A DNA stretch of 64,000 bases, from assembly GCA_963809925.1 (NCBI GenBank), contig CAWELH010000007.1, positions 6,133-70,132 on the forward strand, in the 5' to 3' direction. Every line of letters begins with the position of its first letter. Within the stretch, counting starts at the first letter, position 1. The position numbers and the translations under genes were made by a program. Source of the DNA: an uncultured Bacteroidales bacterium. Its GTDB lineage: Bacteria > Bacteroidota > Bacteroidia > Bacteroidales > GCA-2748055. The notes below the pieces were generated by a model. It ran no database searches, was not told the origin of the DNA, and worked only from the letters and a program-made list of their open reading frames with translations. Below are positions 49,801-58,951 of the stretch, one piece after another.

Positions 49801-50163
49801 CACAAATACCGGGCTACTGTTGATTGGGTATATACAAATAATAACATTGTGGATACCATTACTGCACCTGATACAATTACGAATATTTTAGTTAAAGAGA
49901 TTACCGATAATTCAGGACTGATGATTTATCCAAATCCTGCAAGACATAACGTGAATATCGTTATGACCTCTGCTGAACACAATAATGTCTTTATCAAAAT
50001 TATGGATCTAAATGGCAAAGAAGTGATAAATACGACAAAACCTGTATGTGAAGGGGAGAACAAAATTTCGATGGATGTCAGCATATTAAAGAATGGAATC
50101 TACTTCATTAGTGTGGCTAATGGTAATTCAATTTTATCTAATAAATTGATAATAATTAGATAA
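46888..50163 (+). CDS. T9SS-secreted multidomain protein: [F5/8 type C (CBM32-like)-FN3]x2, a third FN3, an uncharacterised TIM-barrel-like catalytic candidate, type A CTD
   Basis: Discoidin-type motifs ENIHDGNLNNKWFGGGSSNWVQFAY and IDKLMDGNIYSKWLCSGNTAWAKVQY. FN3 modules with SWNASSDNIGVTGYEVFRDG-type cores. The central region has YVEWSNETWN and LYEGGID. CTD IYPNPARHNVNIVM...GIYFISV. Confidence 0.7.
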   Translation: MKQWSKIFNIKEGSIRFKNTLIQLMLIGIMTLWSTSVFGGEDLTVIVTASSENPPSEGIENIHDGNLNNKWFGGGSSNWVQFAYSTAQIWNIYAMTSANDFPNRDAKDWTLSGSNDGSNWVTIDTRTDQPVWSGRNSTLKFPFSNSTAYLYYKLDIIDNHEEWGTQLAELAFSYIDSSDIESPSVPEGLSASDVTANSFTLSWNASSDNIGVTGYEVFRDGMTQGTLSDTSMDISGLFPAAIYSMTVRARDELGNWSAQSSELQVATNDDHDTITNRLITASNENAPLEGIDKLMDGNIYSKWLCSGNTAWAKVQYPAAKIINEYHIASANDSPERDPKDWTILGSNDGVNWDTLDTRTNETWTGRYSTNSYSFSNSLGYTYYKWNIILNNGGNLIQCAELSLRNSSDPDLQAPTVPTGLSINNVQKTLFTLRWNASTDNIVTTLYEVFKDGVSIGTTTITWIDVTGLDCSTSYDLTVRARDAAGNWSEQSNAITQETQICVDNIPPGVPQGLFATDVTTNSLHLNWVVSVDNVSTNLYEVFQNGKSVGTTAKNSKDFSGLAQNTFYSYTVRARDINNNWSEKSVPMSVVTLDGKQHKSNMQMASGFNGIGWYEGWSPYWPSGIDWTTVQNPWLPQFITDLQAYSSCIRPNGFTGGDAALLMENWDDRIQKTDDQYSSTLPMQISLTEFSARRSIAYEWQIDLCNRVGADYWVNIPFTATDECVRQIAEFIKTELDPGLKVYVEWSNETWNSGYYQYHYCLVKGIELGLDSPISYKGQDVYPSATRAYTVYRSIQVFDIFESVFGVNSPRIVKTICSQLGYSNWLEYINIWGDTHPIANMDLALINAPDINPKKIKVDAYGMGAYINGNSISEYYDDLNNNVIQRIIETKNSLEMEGSGTKLVLYEGGIDASTNAIALAHDPAIYQFMYDMYDAYGKYVEGPFCFSNHVGAFLNDAAWGLLETTGQSIDDAHKYRATVDWVYTNNNIVDTITAPDTITNILVKEITDNSGLMIYPNPARHNVNIVMTSAEHNNVFIKIMDLNGKEVINTTKPVCEGENKISMDVSILKNGIYFISVANGNSILSNKLIIIR

Positions 50164-50691
50164 TACTTTCTTATTGTCAGTAAGTTTAATTAGAGATTGC
50201 CGGCAGAAATTTAAGTGTTTTTCAGAGACTGCCGGCAACATCTATAAACAATGTAGATTGTCAGCAACTTTTTTTAATGGATATTTTCTGAATCTAAGAT
50301 GCCTAATGATTGTTGCTAAAGATTTCAAGACAGATATTCAAGACTCTCAGACGGACGTTTCAATCGTACATTCCTCAAGTACATGGACAAATTAATGAAT
50401 AATAATTATACAGTGATTTCATGAAATTGAACAGAGTAACCATCACATTTAAGGGAAAAAGCATCAATCTGATGGAGACTGTGATCCAGATAATAATAAT
50501 AGTATTACTTCTGTTTCTTATATCAAATATATTTGGTCAAACCAATTGAGAAGAAAAAAAACCGGCAAAATCCGATCTGGAACCTTTTTTAACTGATCAG
50601 GATCAAGGTTCCAATCATATCCAATTACAGGAAGGAATCCCTTATATTGCCGAAAATATATTTGTTATTTCCAATAATCTATAATTCAAGC

Positions 50692-51894
50692 ATGTTTAAA
50701 AAACTGATTAACTTAGTAAGTATATTTGTTGTGTTTTTTACTACCAGTTATACTATGTCAAACGATGGGGAAATATTGAATACCTCAGATTATCAAAATG
50801 ATACAATCAGAGCTCCTGATATCTGGAATGTTCCGGACATTAATGGTGAAGCTGATGATATGTGTTGGGATAGTGTTGCCTGGCACAATATGGATCAGGT
50901 TTGGGTGCCTATTGATGAAGACATCGATAGTACTGATTTTTATGGAAGGTTTAAAATTATTTGGTCCTCAAAAACAAATCTCCTGTATATTATTGCCGAG
51001 ATAACTGATGATATTCGGGTGGATGGATATGTGTACGATGAAAAAGACAACACTTACCCAGCCTATGATTGCATAGAATTATTCTTTGACGAAGATCATT
51101 CAGGGCATGAGCATGTATTTGATTACATTAAATCAGATGGTACTACACCAAGTTTATACAATTCAGAGAATGCCTTTTCGTATCATCTTGATGCAGTTTC
51201 ACCTTCAGACGGACAGGTTGTACAGGATTTTTATGCTTGCGATATTGACGGAAAAAACTGGTGGCCTGATGGAGCAATGACCATGAATTATGCCTCTCAT
51301 TTTCCTGAATTTGCCATGAAAAAAAATGGCAACATCTATACTTACGAGATGTCTCTGATGGCATACGATACTACCTACGATAAGAATATTGATAGTTCAA
51401 GAGTCCAGCTTCATGAAGGAAAAATTTCCGGATTTACACTTGCTTTTTGTGATGATGATACTCCAGGAAATCCGGTGAGACAAACTTTTATTGGATCAAC
51501 ACCTGCCAACAGAAATCATTTGACTAAAGAAGGCAATTATGACTATATGTGGGAAAACGCCGATGACTATGGAATTCTTGAACTGGTTTCAAAGACGTCG
51601 CAGACTGTCAGCGACAGATCAATAAAATTGAATCCATCAGAAAAAAATGAATTGTTAATTTATCCTAATCCTTCAAGTGACAGACTCAATATGGCATTAT
51701 CCAATAATTTCACAGGATCAGTTCATTTTACAATTTTTAATATTCAGGGTATTGAGTTTTTGAATGAAACACTTAATAAGCCTTCAACAAAACTGATAAT
51801 CCCTGTAAATATTCAACAATATCCTGAAGGAACCTACTTTCTTAAAGTGAAGTATGGCGATACTGAATTGATTACAGAATTTATGAAACTATAA
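50692..51894 (+). CDS. T9SS-secreted CBM9-like carbohydrate-binding protein
   Basis: Signal peptide after ATG 50692. DDMCWDSVAWHNMDQVWVP...FKIIWSSKTNLLYIIAEITDD...YDCIELFFDEDHSG is CBM9-like. CTD IYPNPSSDRLNMAL...GTYFLKVKYG. Confidence 0.65.
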   Translation: MFKKLINLVSIFVVFFTTSYTMSNDGEILNTSDYQNDTIRAPDIWNVPDINGEADDMCWDSVAWHNMDQVWVPIDEDIDSTDFYGRFKIIWSSKTNLLYIIAEITDDIRVDGYVYDEKDNTYPAYDCIELFFDEDHSGHEHVFDYIKSDGTTPSLYNSENAFSYHLDAVSPSDGQVVQDFYACDIDGKNWWPDGAMTMNYASHFPEFAMKKNGNIYTYEMSLMAYDTTYDKNIDSSRVQLHEGKISGFTLAFCDDDTPGNPVRQTFIGSTPANRNHLTKEGNYDYMWENADDYGILELVSKTSQTVSDRSIKLNPSEKNELLIYPNPSSDRLNMALSNNFTGSVHFTIFNIQGIEFLNETLNKPSTKLIIPVNIQQYPEGTYFLKVKYGDTELITEFMKL

Positions 51895-52062
51895 CTTTAA
51901 CCACTAATATTTTATACTACTAAAAATACGTCAGGGGCAGACTAACATTGCCAACATAAAATTCATTGTAATTCCGTCATCAATTTATCAAGAATCCATT
52001 TTGAAGATTTGATTAGCAATCCATAAATAAATTCTGAAGTGTAAAATTAACTGAATAAAAAG

Positions 52063-52301
52063 ATGCGCAAGTTGTTTCATGTACTGGTCAGAATATGCCT
52101 GGTAATGAGTTCTGGTATTCTTTATGCTCAGCCTGAATCCGGAAATGACCTGACACATCAGCCTTCTCCATGGATATGGGGGTGAAGTATTATAACGCGT
52201 TTGATTATATTCCTTGCGATGTAAAGATTAGTGAGAACACAGCATGTACCCTTGAATACAGCTACGACCATTTTTATATTCGTCGACTGGCAGAGAAATA
52301 A
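52063..52301 (+). pseudogene. collapsed remnant of a GH92-like alpha-mannosidase gene (signal peptide piece plus internal fragment)
   Basis: ATG 52063 gives MRKLFHVLVRICLVMSSGILYAQPESGNDLT..., which stops after 41 codons. From 52182 another frame reads KYYNAFDYIPCDVKISENTACTLEYSYDHFYIRRLAEK*, resembling the GH92 motif GYIPxD...SVSxTLEYAYDDWCIAQLAK. Confidence 0.45.
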
Positions 52302-52330
52302 AATTATCCCCTAATGAGACCATTTTTCGC

Positions 52331-55300
52331 ATGAGAGTTCGTCTGCAATTCATATTCATCATGTTGTTTAGTGTTTCAGCACTGTTTTCTCAACCGGAAC
52401 AGCTGACATTTCAACATTTTGCTTCAAATGAAGGACTTCCACATTCCGTTGTAACGTGCATGCACCAGGACACGAATGGGTATCTTTGGATAGGAACTGG
52501 TAACGGATTAATAAAATATGATGGTTACGATTTCAAAGTCTATAAATCAATGCTTTATGACACTAACACGTTAAGCAATGATGGGATAAAATGTATTTCC
52601 GAAGACAAGCATGGTAATTTATGGATTGGAACACAACAGGGCCTGAACAGGTTTAACCCGGAAACTGAAATATCCGAACGTTTTCTGCCTGATAAAAATA
52701 AACAAAATAGTTTATTACAAAATAATGTCAATTCTCTCTTCATTGATTCACTTGGACTTATATATATAGGTACTGAAGGTTTGCAGGTATTTAACCCTGG
52801 AACGAAAATATTTACAATTCTGGACACTGCAAGTATTACAAGTGCTGTGTTATCAATACTTAAAGATGAGTCCGGAGAACTTTTGGTTTCAACATCAGAT
52901 GGTTTTTTCAATGTAGACCTGCATTCTGGCATCACAACAAGGTTTCCCTGCACCGGCCTGATAGAAAAGGAACAAAAGGGAGTATTAAACGGTTGCGCAG
53001 TTAACCAGGTTATGCGGGATAATTTTGAGGCCGAAACTTTTTGGTTAGCTACGAATACAGGTATCAGTGAATTAAACAAAAATTCTGGTTGGTTTACTAA
53101 TTATCGGTTTGAAGAGTTTAATGAGAAAAATGCGGAAAACTCAGGAACTCTATGTCTATATATTGAGAAGAGTGGTAAAATCTGGACAGGTACTCAATCG
53201 CAGGGAATATTTATTTTTAATCCCGTAAATTCTGTCTTTGAAACCAATCTCAAAACCAATCCTCTTGATCCTAAATCTCTAAGCGATAATACTATAAGTG
53301 GAATTACTGCTGATTGCTTTGGGAATCTATGGATAGGAACAATTGGTGGAGGACTGAATAAGACACTTCTGGATGCACCCAAGTTCAGGAGATATCTTTA
53401 CTTCCCAACTAATTCGGCAGGGTTAAACGACAAAACAGTATGGTCCATTCATGAGGATCAGCATAACAAGGTGTGGATTGGTACTGAGAATAATGGAATT
53501 GATGTATTAGACCGTTCGACAGGGAAATTCTCATATTATACGAATAAACAAGGTTTAAAAAACCAGGTAGGACCTGGAATTGTCGGGGATATCTGCGAGG
53601 ATAAGGATGGTTATATCTGGGCTGTAACTTGGTCCGGAACGTTGAATAAAATCGATCCAAATACCGGTAATGTGAAAGTTTACAGGGGAGGGCCGGAACC
53701 ATACAATAATTTAAAAGGGTGGTCATTTCGCGTAATATTAAGTGACAGGGATAATGTCTTGTGGGTCGGTTCCTGGGATAAAGGGATTGAGATTTTTGAT
53801 AAAAAAAAGGAGAAGTCCTCAAAACTTATCTTCGGGAAATACACCATTGATGACCGGATTTCTTCCCTTATACAAGGAAAATCTGGTATTATCTGGTGCG
53901 GTACTAATACAGGCATTTATGCCATGAACCCTGATAAAAAGGAGATTAATTTTTATCCTTTGAATACAGCCGATAGCACAGGCATTCAATGTAACGAGAT
54001 CAAAGCACTATATGGGGAAAATGACAGCATTCTTTGGATAGCAACACAGGGATGTGGTCTTTACAGGTTAAACACAGTCTCCGGAGAAGTATCTAATTAT
54101 GACATGAAGGACGGGCTTCCGGATAATAATATTTATGCAGTGTGTCCCGATAACCATGGCCATCTGTGGTTGAGCACCGGTAACGGAATATCTGATTTTG
54201 ATGTCACCAGTAATACTTTTCGAAATTACGATAAATCAGATGGTCTTCAAAGCAATGAGTTTAAATGGGGAGCATATTTTCAAAACACCAGAGGCGAGAT
54301 ATTCTTCGGTGGCATAAACGGCTTTGATATATTTAATCCTGATAGCATCCGGGACAACCGGTATACTTCGAAAACAGTACTTACTGATTTTAAAATTTCG
54401 AATACGCAGATAAATCCAGGTGATAGTATAAATGGGCGGGTGTTGCTGTCGAAACTTATAGGTTATACCGACCATCTCGAACTTTCATACAAGGAATCAG
54501 ATATCTCCTTTGAGTTCGCCGCTTTACATTTTGCTTCTTCCGAAAAGAACAAGTTTGCATATATAATGAAAGGTTATGATGCAGGCTGGAAATATACCGA
54601 TGCTTCCAAACGGTTTGCAGTTTACACAAACATGGATCCCGGGAATTACACTTTTCGGGTAAAATCATCCAACAATGATGGTATCTGGTGTAAACCGGAA
54701 GATGAGGTGGCACTGAAGATTTATATTTCCCCGCCTTTCTGGAAGACATGGTGGTTCAGAATCACAATAATCCTTATAATATTTACAGCATTTTACTCTC
54801 TATACCTGATGCGTACTCACCGGTTGAGACTTCAAAAACTGGTATTGGAAAAAACAGTGTCAGAACGAACCCATGAAATTAACTTGCAGAAAGATGTCCT
54901 GAGGAATCAGAAGGAAGAACTTGCAATACAGGCCGATAATTTGCAGGAAGCCAACATTTTGCTTACAGCGCACAGTGAAGAACTTCAATCATTTTCCGAA
55001 GAGCTTAGAGTACAGGGTGAAGAACTATTCGAGGCTAATGAGGAACTCATAAGGCTAAATGCTACCAAAGACCGTTTGTTTTCCATCATCGCGCATGATC
55101 TTAAAAATCCCTTTCAGGCGATATTAGGATCATCCGGGTTATTGGCTGTACAATTTAACACCTTGGATGAGAACAAGAGAAAACAGTACATCGATAATAT
55201 ATTTGAATCCGCTAGAAACGCGCACAATCTGCTGGAGAATCTGCTAGAATGGGCACGTTCGCAAATTAACAGGATTGAATTCAGACCAGAGTATATTAGT

Positions 55301-56617
55301 CTTGTCACGATAGTGCAAAAGGCTATCCAGCTAATGAGTCTCCAGGCATCTGATAAAAAAATATCGGTGACCACTGATATTTCTGAAGACCATACTGCTT
55401 ATGCCGACAACAAAATGGTTGAAACCATCATCCGGAATTTTCTGGGCAATGCTATCAAATTCACGTCCGAAGGAGGAAAAATCCACATAGGTTTCCATGA
55501 AGAAGCAAACGGGATGGTTTGTGTGGAAGTTGCAGATAATGGTATTGGGATGGAAAAGGATGTTTTAGATAAACTGTTCCGTATCGATGAAGCTCATATC
55601 GGGACAGGAACAGCCGGTGAACAGGGAACCGGTCTCGGGTTAATTCTGTGTCGCGAATTTGCGGAAAGTAATGGTGGGAGCATCGATGCACAAAGTGAAC
55701 CTGGAAAAGGCAGCAGGTTTAGTTTACATCTTCACCGCAAGAAATCTAGCTACCTTGAATATAATAGTAAAATGCAATCGGTGGAATTTTTCATTCACAA
55801 GAAACAGGAGGTGAATGTGGTTTCGGTTGAATCAGTAAGAAAGCCAGTAAAGGATCGGTACCACTTACTGATTATAGACGATAATTTTAATATTAGAAAA
55901 AGCATTGTTGCGCAACTGGAAGAACAATACCTGATATCAGAAGCATCAGATGGGAAACAGGCATTGGAAATTGCCTTTAGAAAAATACCGGATATGGTCA
56001 TCAGCGATGTGATGATGCCTGAAATGGATGGTTTCGAATTGTGCAAAATTCTCAAGGAAGATAAAAGAACGAGTCACATTCCGATTATCCTTTTAACTGC
56101 AAGAGTCTCCGACAATAGTAGAATGCTGGGATTTAACCTTGGCGCTGACGAATACATCACCAAACCGTTTAACATTGAGGTGCTTGAATCACGAATTTAT
56201 AACCTTATTTCTCAGCGCGAGAAATTAAGAAATCTGTTTCGGGATGAGATATTACTGACCCCTAAAAAAACAACCGTTAATTCTCTGGACGAAATATTCT
56301 TCAGCAAGATACAGGAGATAATAGATAAATATATGGATGACAGCTCTTTTAACCCTGGCACATTGGCTCATGAACTTGGAATAAGTCGGGCTGTTTTGTA
56401 TAAGAAATTTAAATATTTGACCGATTACAGTGTCAATGAATATATTCAGATAATCAGGATTAAAAGGGCAGCTGCGTTATTGCTTGAAGGAAATAATTCG
56501 GTCACCGATGCTGCATATGCCACAGGTTTTAAGAATCCTAATCACTTCAGCAGGGTATTCAGTCAGTATTATCATGAATCACCTTCTAAATATATGGCTG
56601 AAAAAAAGAAGGAGTAG
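52331..56617 (+). CDS. hybrid two-component system regulator (periplasmic propeller/Y_Y_Y sensor, HisKA-HATPase, receiver, AraC-type HTH)
   Basis: 1428 aa. Repeated GNLWIGT/LWIGT propeller motifs, a TM segment WWFRITIILIIF, the H-box FSIIAHDLKNP, the ATPase G-boxes DNGIGM and GTGLGL, the receiver LLIIDDN...DVMMPEMDG, and the C-terminal AraC HTH YATGFKNPNHFSRVF. Confidence 0.95.
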   Translation: MRVRLQFIFIMLFSVSALFSQPEQLTFQHFASNEGLPHSVVTCMHQDTNGYLWIGTGNGLIKYDGYDFKVYKSMLYDTNTLSNDGIKCISEDKHGNLWIGTQQGLNRFNPETEISERFLPDKNKQNSLLQNNVNSLFIDSLGLIYIGTEGLQVFNPGTKIFTILDTASITSAVLSILKDESGELLVSTSDGFFNVDLHSGITTRFPCTGLIEKEQKGVLNGCAVNQVMRDNFEAETFWLATNTGISELNKNSGWFTNYRFEEFNEKNAENSGTLCLYIEKSGKIWTGTQSQGIFIFNPVNSVFETNLKTNPLDPKSLSDNTISGITADCFGNLWIGTIGGGLNKTLLDAPKFRRYLYFPTNSAGLNDKTVWSIHEDQHNKVWIGTENNGIDVLDRSTGKFSYYTNKQGLKNQVGPGIVGDICEDKDGYIWAVTWSGTLNKIDPNTGNVKVYRGGPEPYNNLKGWSFRVILSDRDNVLWVGSWDKGIEIFDKKKEKSSKLIFGKYTIDDRISSLIQGKSGIIWCGTNTGIYAMNPDKKEINFYPLNTADSTGIQCNEIKALYGENDSILWIATQGCGLYRLNTVSGEVSNYDMKDGLPDNNIYAVCPDNHGHLWLSTGNGISDFDVTSNTFRNYDKSDGLQSNEFKWGAYFQNTRGEIFFGGINGFDIFNPDSIRDNRYTSKTVLTDFKISNTQINPGDSINGRVLLSKLIGYTDHLELSYKESDISFEFAALHFASSEKNKFAYIMKGYDAGWKYTDASKRFAVYTNMDPGNYTFRVKSSNNDGIWCKPEDEVALKIYISPPFWKTWWFRITIILIIFTAFYSLYLMRTHRLRLQKLVLEKTVSERTHEINLQKDVLRNQKEELAIQADNLQEANILLTAHSEELQSFSEELRVQGEELFEANEELIRLNATKDRLFSIIAHDLKNPFQAILGSSGLLAVQFNTLDENKRKQYIDNIFESARNAHNLLENLLEWARSQINRIEFRPEYISLVTIVQKAIQLMSLQASDKKISVTTDISEDHTAYADNKMVETIIRNFLGNAIKFTSEGGKIHIGFHEEANGMVCVEVADNGIGMEKDVLDKLFRIDEAHIGTGTAGEQGTGLGLILCREFAESNGGSIDAQSEPGKGSRFSLHLHRKKSSYLEYNSKMQSVEFFIHKKQEVNVVSVESVRKPVKDRYHLLIIDDNFNIRKSIVAQLEEQYLISEASDGKQALEIAFRKIPDMVISDVMMPEMDGFELCKILKEDKRTSHIPIILLTARVSDNSRMLGFNLGADEYITKPFNIEVLESRIYNLISQREKLRNLFRDEILLTPKKTTVNSLDEIFFSKIQEIIDKYMDDSSFNPGTLAHELGISRAVLYKKFKYLTDYSVNEYIQIIRIKRAAALLLEGNNSVTDAAYATGFKNPNHFSRVFSQYYHESPSKYMAEKKKE

Positions 56618-56897
56618 ATATGCTGATGATCAAACTAATACCGGCGGGGAATTTCAAAAAGCTATCTGAAGCTGTTTGAACAATGAAAATTGGCTTTCAG
56701 CCCTGATTTGCCCTCCGTATTTTTTATGAAGGAGGGATGTCTTCATAATGAAGTGCTTTGTAAACTGAGAGGTTCAAACAATGATGAGTAAGCGGTTTGG
56801 GGGTGATGAGGTGATTCCTGTCCTACCACAACAGTTGAGTCGTTGCCATACTGTAGTCATGGATTTACCCATGGACGGTAAATAAACTTCACAACTC

Positions 56898-57788
56898 TTA
56901 AAATCCGGCAGGCCATTCTTCCCTGCCTTTGATGTTCACATTCAATGCATATACCAGACCGCCCAAAAAGTGGCCCGATTTGTCGAGACCGTGAAGGATA
57001 TCTGCACCCCCTTCACATGCGGAGGTTATGAAAAGGGTGTCGAGTGCCGGACCTCCGAACATGACGCTGGAGGGCTGTACCGCCGGAACCGCAAATTCAG
57101 CCATCACCTTTCCTGATGGTGATATCCGCCGTATACATGAGGCACCCCAGAAGGCCACCCAGATGTACCCCTCAGAATCCATGGTGATACCATCTGGCGA
57201 ACCGGCATCTGTACCGGAGGTATGATACCAGGTTTCAGGATTACTGATACTCCCCGATCTTATGTCGTATTCATACCTCCTGATCGTACCTGCAAGACTG
57301 TCGGTGTGATAAAAGTACTTGTGATCAGGAGAGAAGGTCATCCCGTTTGATATACCAATACCCTCGAGCAAAACCTGCGGAGACTTAATCCGTTCAAAAC
57401 TATACAGTATACCGTCTTTCAGGTTTTCCTTTTTTGTCCCTGCAATAAGTCGGCCGGCAGGATCGGTGGTTACGTCGTTGAAACGTTCGTTTTTTTCGAA
57501 GGGCAGGCTGTAAATCTGATGCAGGATACTCCTGCCTTTACTGTTTTCAAGTATGAACACACCCTGATCGGAACAAATCACCAAATTGCCTTCCGTGGTG
57601 AATGCCATCCCGCCGGTTTGCATCCTGCCCGACCAGAAAAGCGCAGACTCTCCTGTTTGAGCATCATATCGCCAAATCTCTCCATTGAGGATATCTGTCC
57701 AGTATAACGCCTTTTCTCTCACGTTCCATAACGGGCATTCAGCAAGGTGGAATATTTTATCGCAAATCGGGTGAATTTCAATATTCAT
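56898..57788 (-). CDS. SMP-30/gluconolactonase/LRE family protein
   Basis: ECPLWNVREKALYWTDILNGEIWRYD, SNGMTFSPDHKYFYHTDS and PDGITMDSEGYIWVAFWG. The start overlaps the upstream stop as ATGA. Confidence 0.85.
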   Translation of the reverse strand: MNIEIHPICDKIFHLAECPLWNVREKALYWTDILNGEIWRYDAQTGESALFWSGRMQTGGMAFTTEGNLVICSDQGVFILENSKGRSILHQIYSLPFEKNERFNDVTTDPAGRLIAGTKKENLKDGILYSFERIKSPQVLLEGIGISNGMTFSPDHKYFYHTDSLAGTIRRYEYDIRSGSISNPETWYHTSGTDAGSPDGITMDSEGYIWVAFWGASCIRRISPSGKVMAEFAVPAVQPSSVMFGGPALDTLFITSACEGGADILHGLDKSGHFLGGLVYALNVNIKGREEWPAGF

Positions 57789-58951
57789 CTTTTCAGGATA
57801 TACGTTTGCATTGTGTATGCATCCATAACCATACGAAACAACTCATCCGTGGAGTTCAGTCCGCAATACCGGCCAAGCGCGACTTCCGGACCTTCCTGTT
57901 TTATGGTTCTGATGACTTCCAGCGTCCCCGGATCTGATGACCCCTCGTAACAAAGCGCCGCCGCTATGGCACGTGCATAGGCATAGGGTTTCCTGCCGTG
58001 TTTCAGACAAAGCAGGGCCGGTCCAAGTAGCCGTTCGTCCCTGCCAAGCTTCCGCCGGAGATCCCGGGCATTGCGTTCTATAGGATCATTCAATGCCGGA
58101 TCGGTATATTTTTTTGTTGCCAGTGCCATGAAGGCTTTCTGTTCCTCTTCTTTGATGCCGAATTCCCTGGTCAGCCCATACGATGACTCCTCCCTGATCA
58201 TATCAAAAAAAGTACTGAATTCCAGGGCCGCCTCATGCAGGATACGGAATCCGTTAACCCAACCAACATAGGAAATCGGACCGTTTGTTCCGTTAAACGT
58301 ATATAACTTCCTTATCAGCTCGTTTGAAAAATGTGACCGGGGTAAAAAACCGGTAACATTCGGAATCTTCCCCACAAAAGCATCCCTGTCGAGAGGCAGC
58401 GACCACCAGTCGTGCATCCTGAGTGCCAGCGGCTCCTTTTGCTTAATATGTTCCGGAGCTTCCATGCCTGTTCTCAACACCTGCGTTTCCACCAGACCCA
58501 GACGATGATCGACAAAATAACGAAAAGCCTCCTCCGCTCCTTCGAGCAGTGTCTCCCTGATCCTGGCTGCAGGGTGAAGTGCATTTTCGCAGATCAGCCA
58601 GTTCATATTCTGATTCAGGTTCCGCTTCTTCAGCAATTCTTTCATCATCGCTGCAACAGAAGAGATATGGTTTGCGCCGACACTCGTAACCAGGATTTCA
58701 ACCCTGTTTAACACCTCCTGGATCGTTTCCGGATGATGAATGTCAAATGCACCTTCTATGCTGATGTATTCTGTGTCATCCCCATCAGATCCGGCAATAT
58801 CAACCCGGTATTTCTTCTCCTGATTCAGGAGCCCGACCAACTCTTCAGATGCATCCGCAAACCATAATTTGTACCCGCTCCTGTGGAAAAGCTGACCGAT
58901 GAATCCTCTGCCGATCTTTCCTGCTCCAAAAATGATGACTTCCTTATTCAT
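57785..58951 (-). CDS. mannitol-1-phosphate 5-dehydrogenase (MtlD)-family dehydrogenase, paralog 2
   Basis: N-terminus IIFGAGKIGRGFIGQLF, then LICEN, RKLYTFNGTNG and DPIERNARDLRRKLGRDERLLGP. These parallel E. coli MtlD ([51 protein letters not shown]). Confidence 0.7.
   Translation of the reverse strand: MNKEVIIFGAGKIGRGFIGQLFHRSGYKLWFADASEELVGLLNQEKKYRVDIAGSDGDDTEYISIEGAFDIHHPETIQEVLNRVEILVTSVGANHISSVAAMMKELLKKRNLNQNMNWLICENALHPAARIRETLLEGAEEAFRYFVDHRLGLVETQVLRTGMEAPEHIKQKEPLALRMHDWWSLPLDRDAFVGKIPNVTGFLPRSHFSNELIRKLYTFNGTNGPISYVGWVNGFRILHEAALEFSTFFDMIREESSYGLTREFGIKEEEQKAFMALATKKYTDPALNDPIERNARDLRRKLGRDERLLGPALLCLKHGRKPYAYARAIAAALCYEGSSDPGTLEVIRTIKQEGPEVALGRYCGLNSTDELFRMVMDAYTMQTYILKR

Noticed and set aside
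50174-50530. 73-aa ORF and a 42-aa signal-peptide-like ORF (50421-50549) between the two rightward cargo genes
   Set aside because: No homology is recognisable. The region instead holds the TTGCCGGCAG...CTGCCGGCAA inverted repeat (50196-50236), which may be a terminator, and the shared word motifs. The short signal-like ORF may be another gene stump, but the evidence is too thin.
56711-56736. CCCTCC-N14-GGAGGG hairpin between the convergent HTCS and lactonase genes as a bidirectional terminator
   Set aside because: The stem is only 6 bp with a 14-nt loop and no clear U-tract on either strand. It is plausible but too weak to list as a feature.
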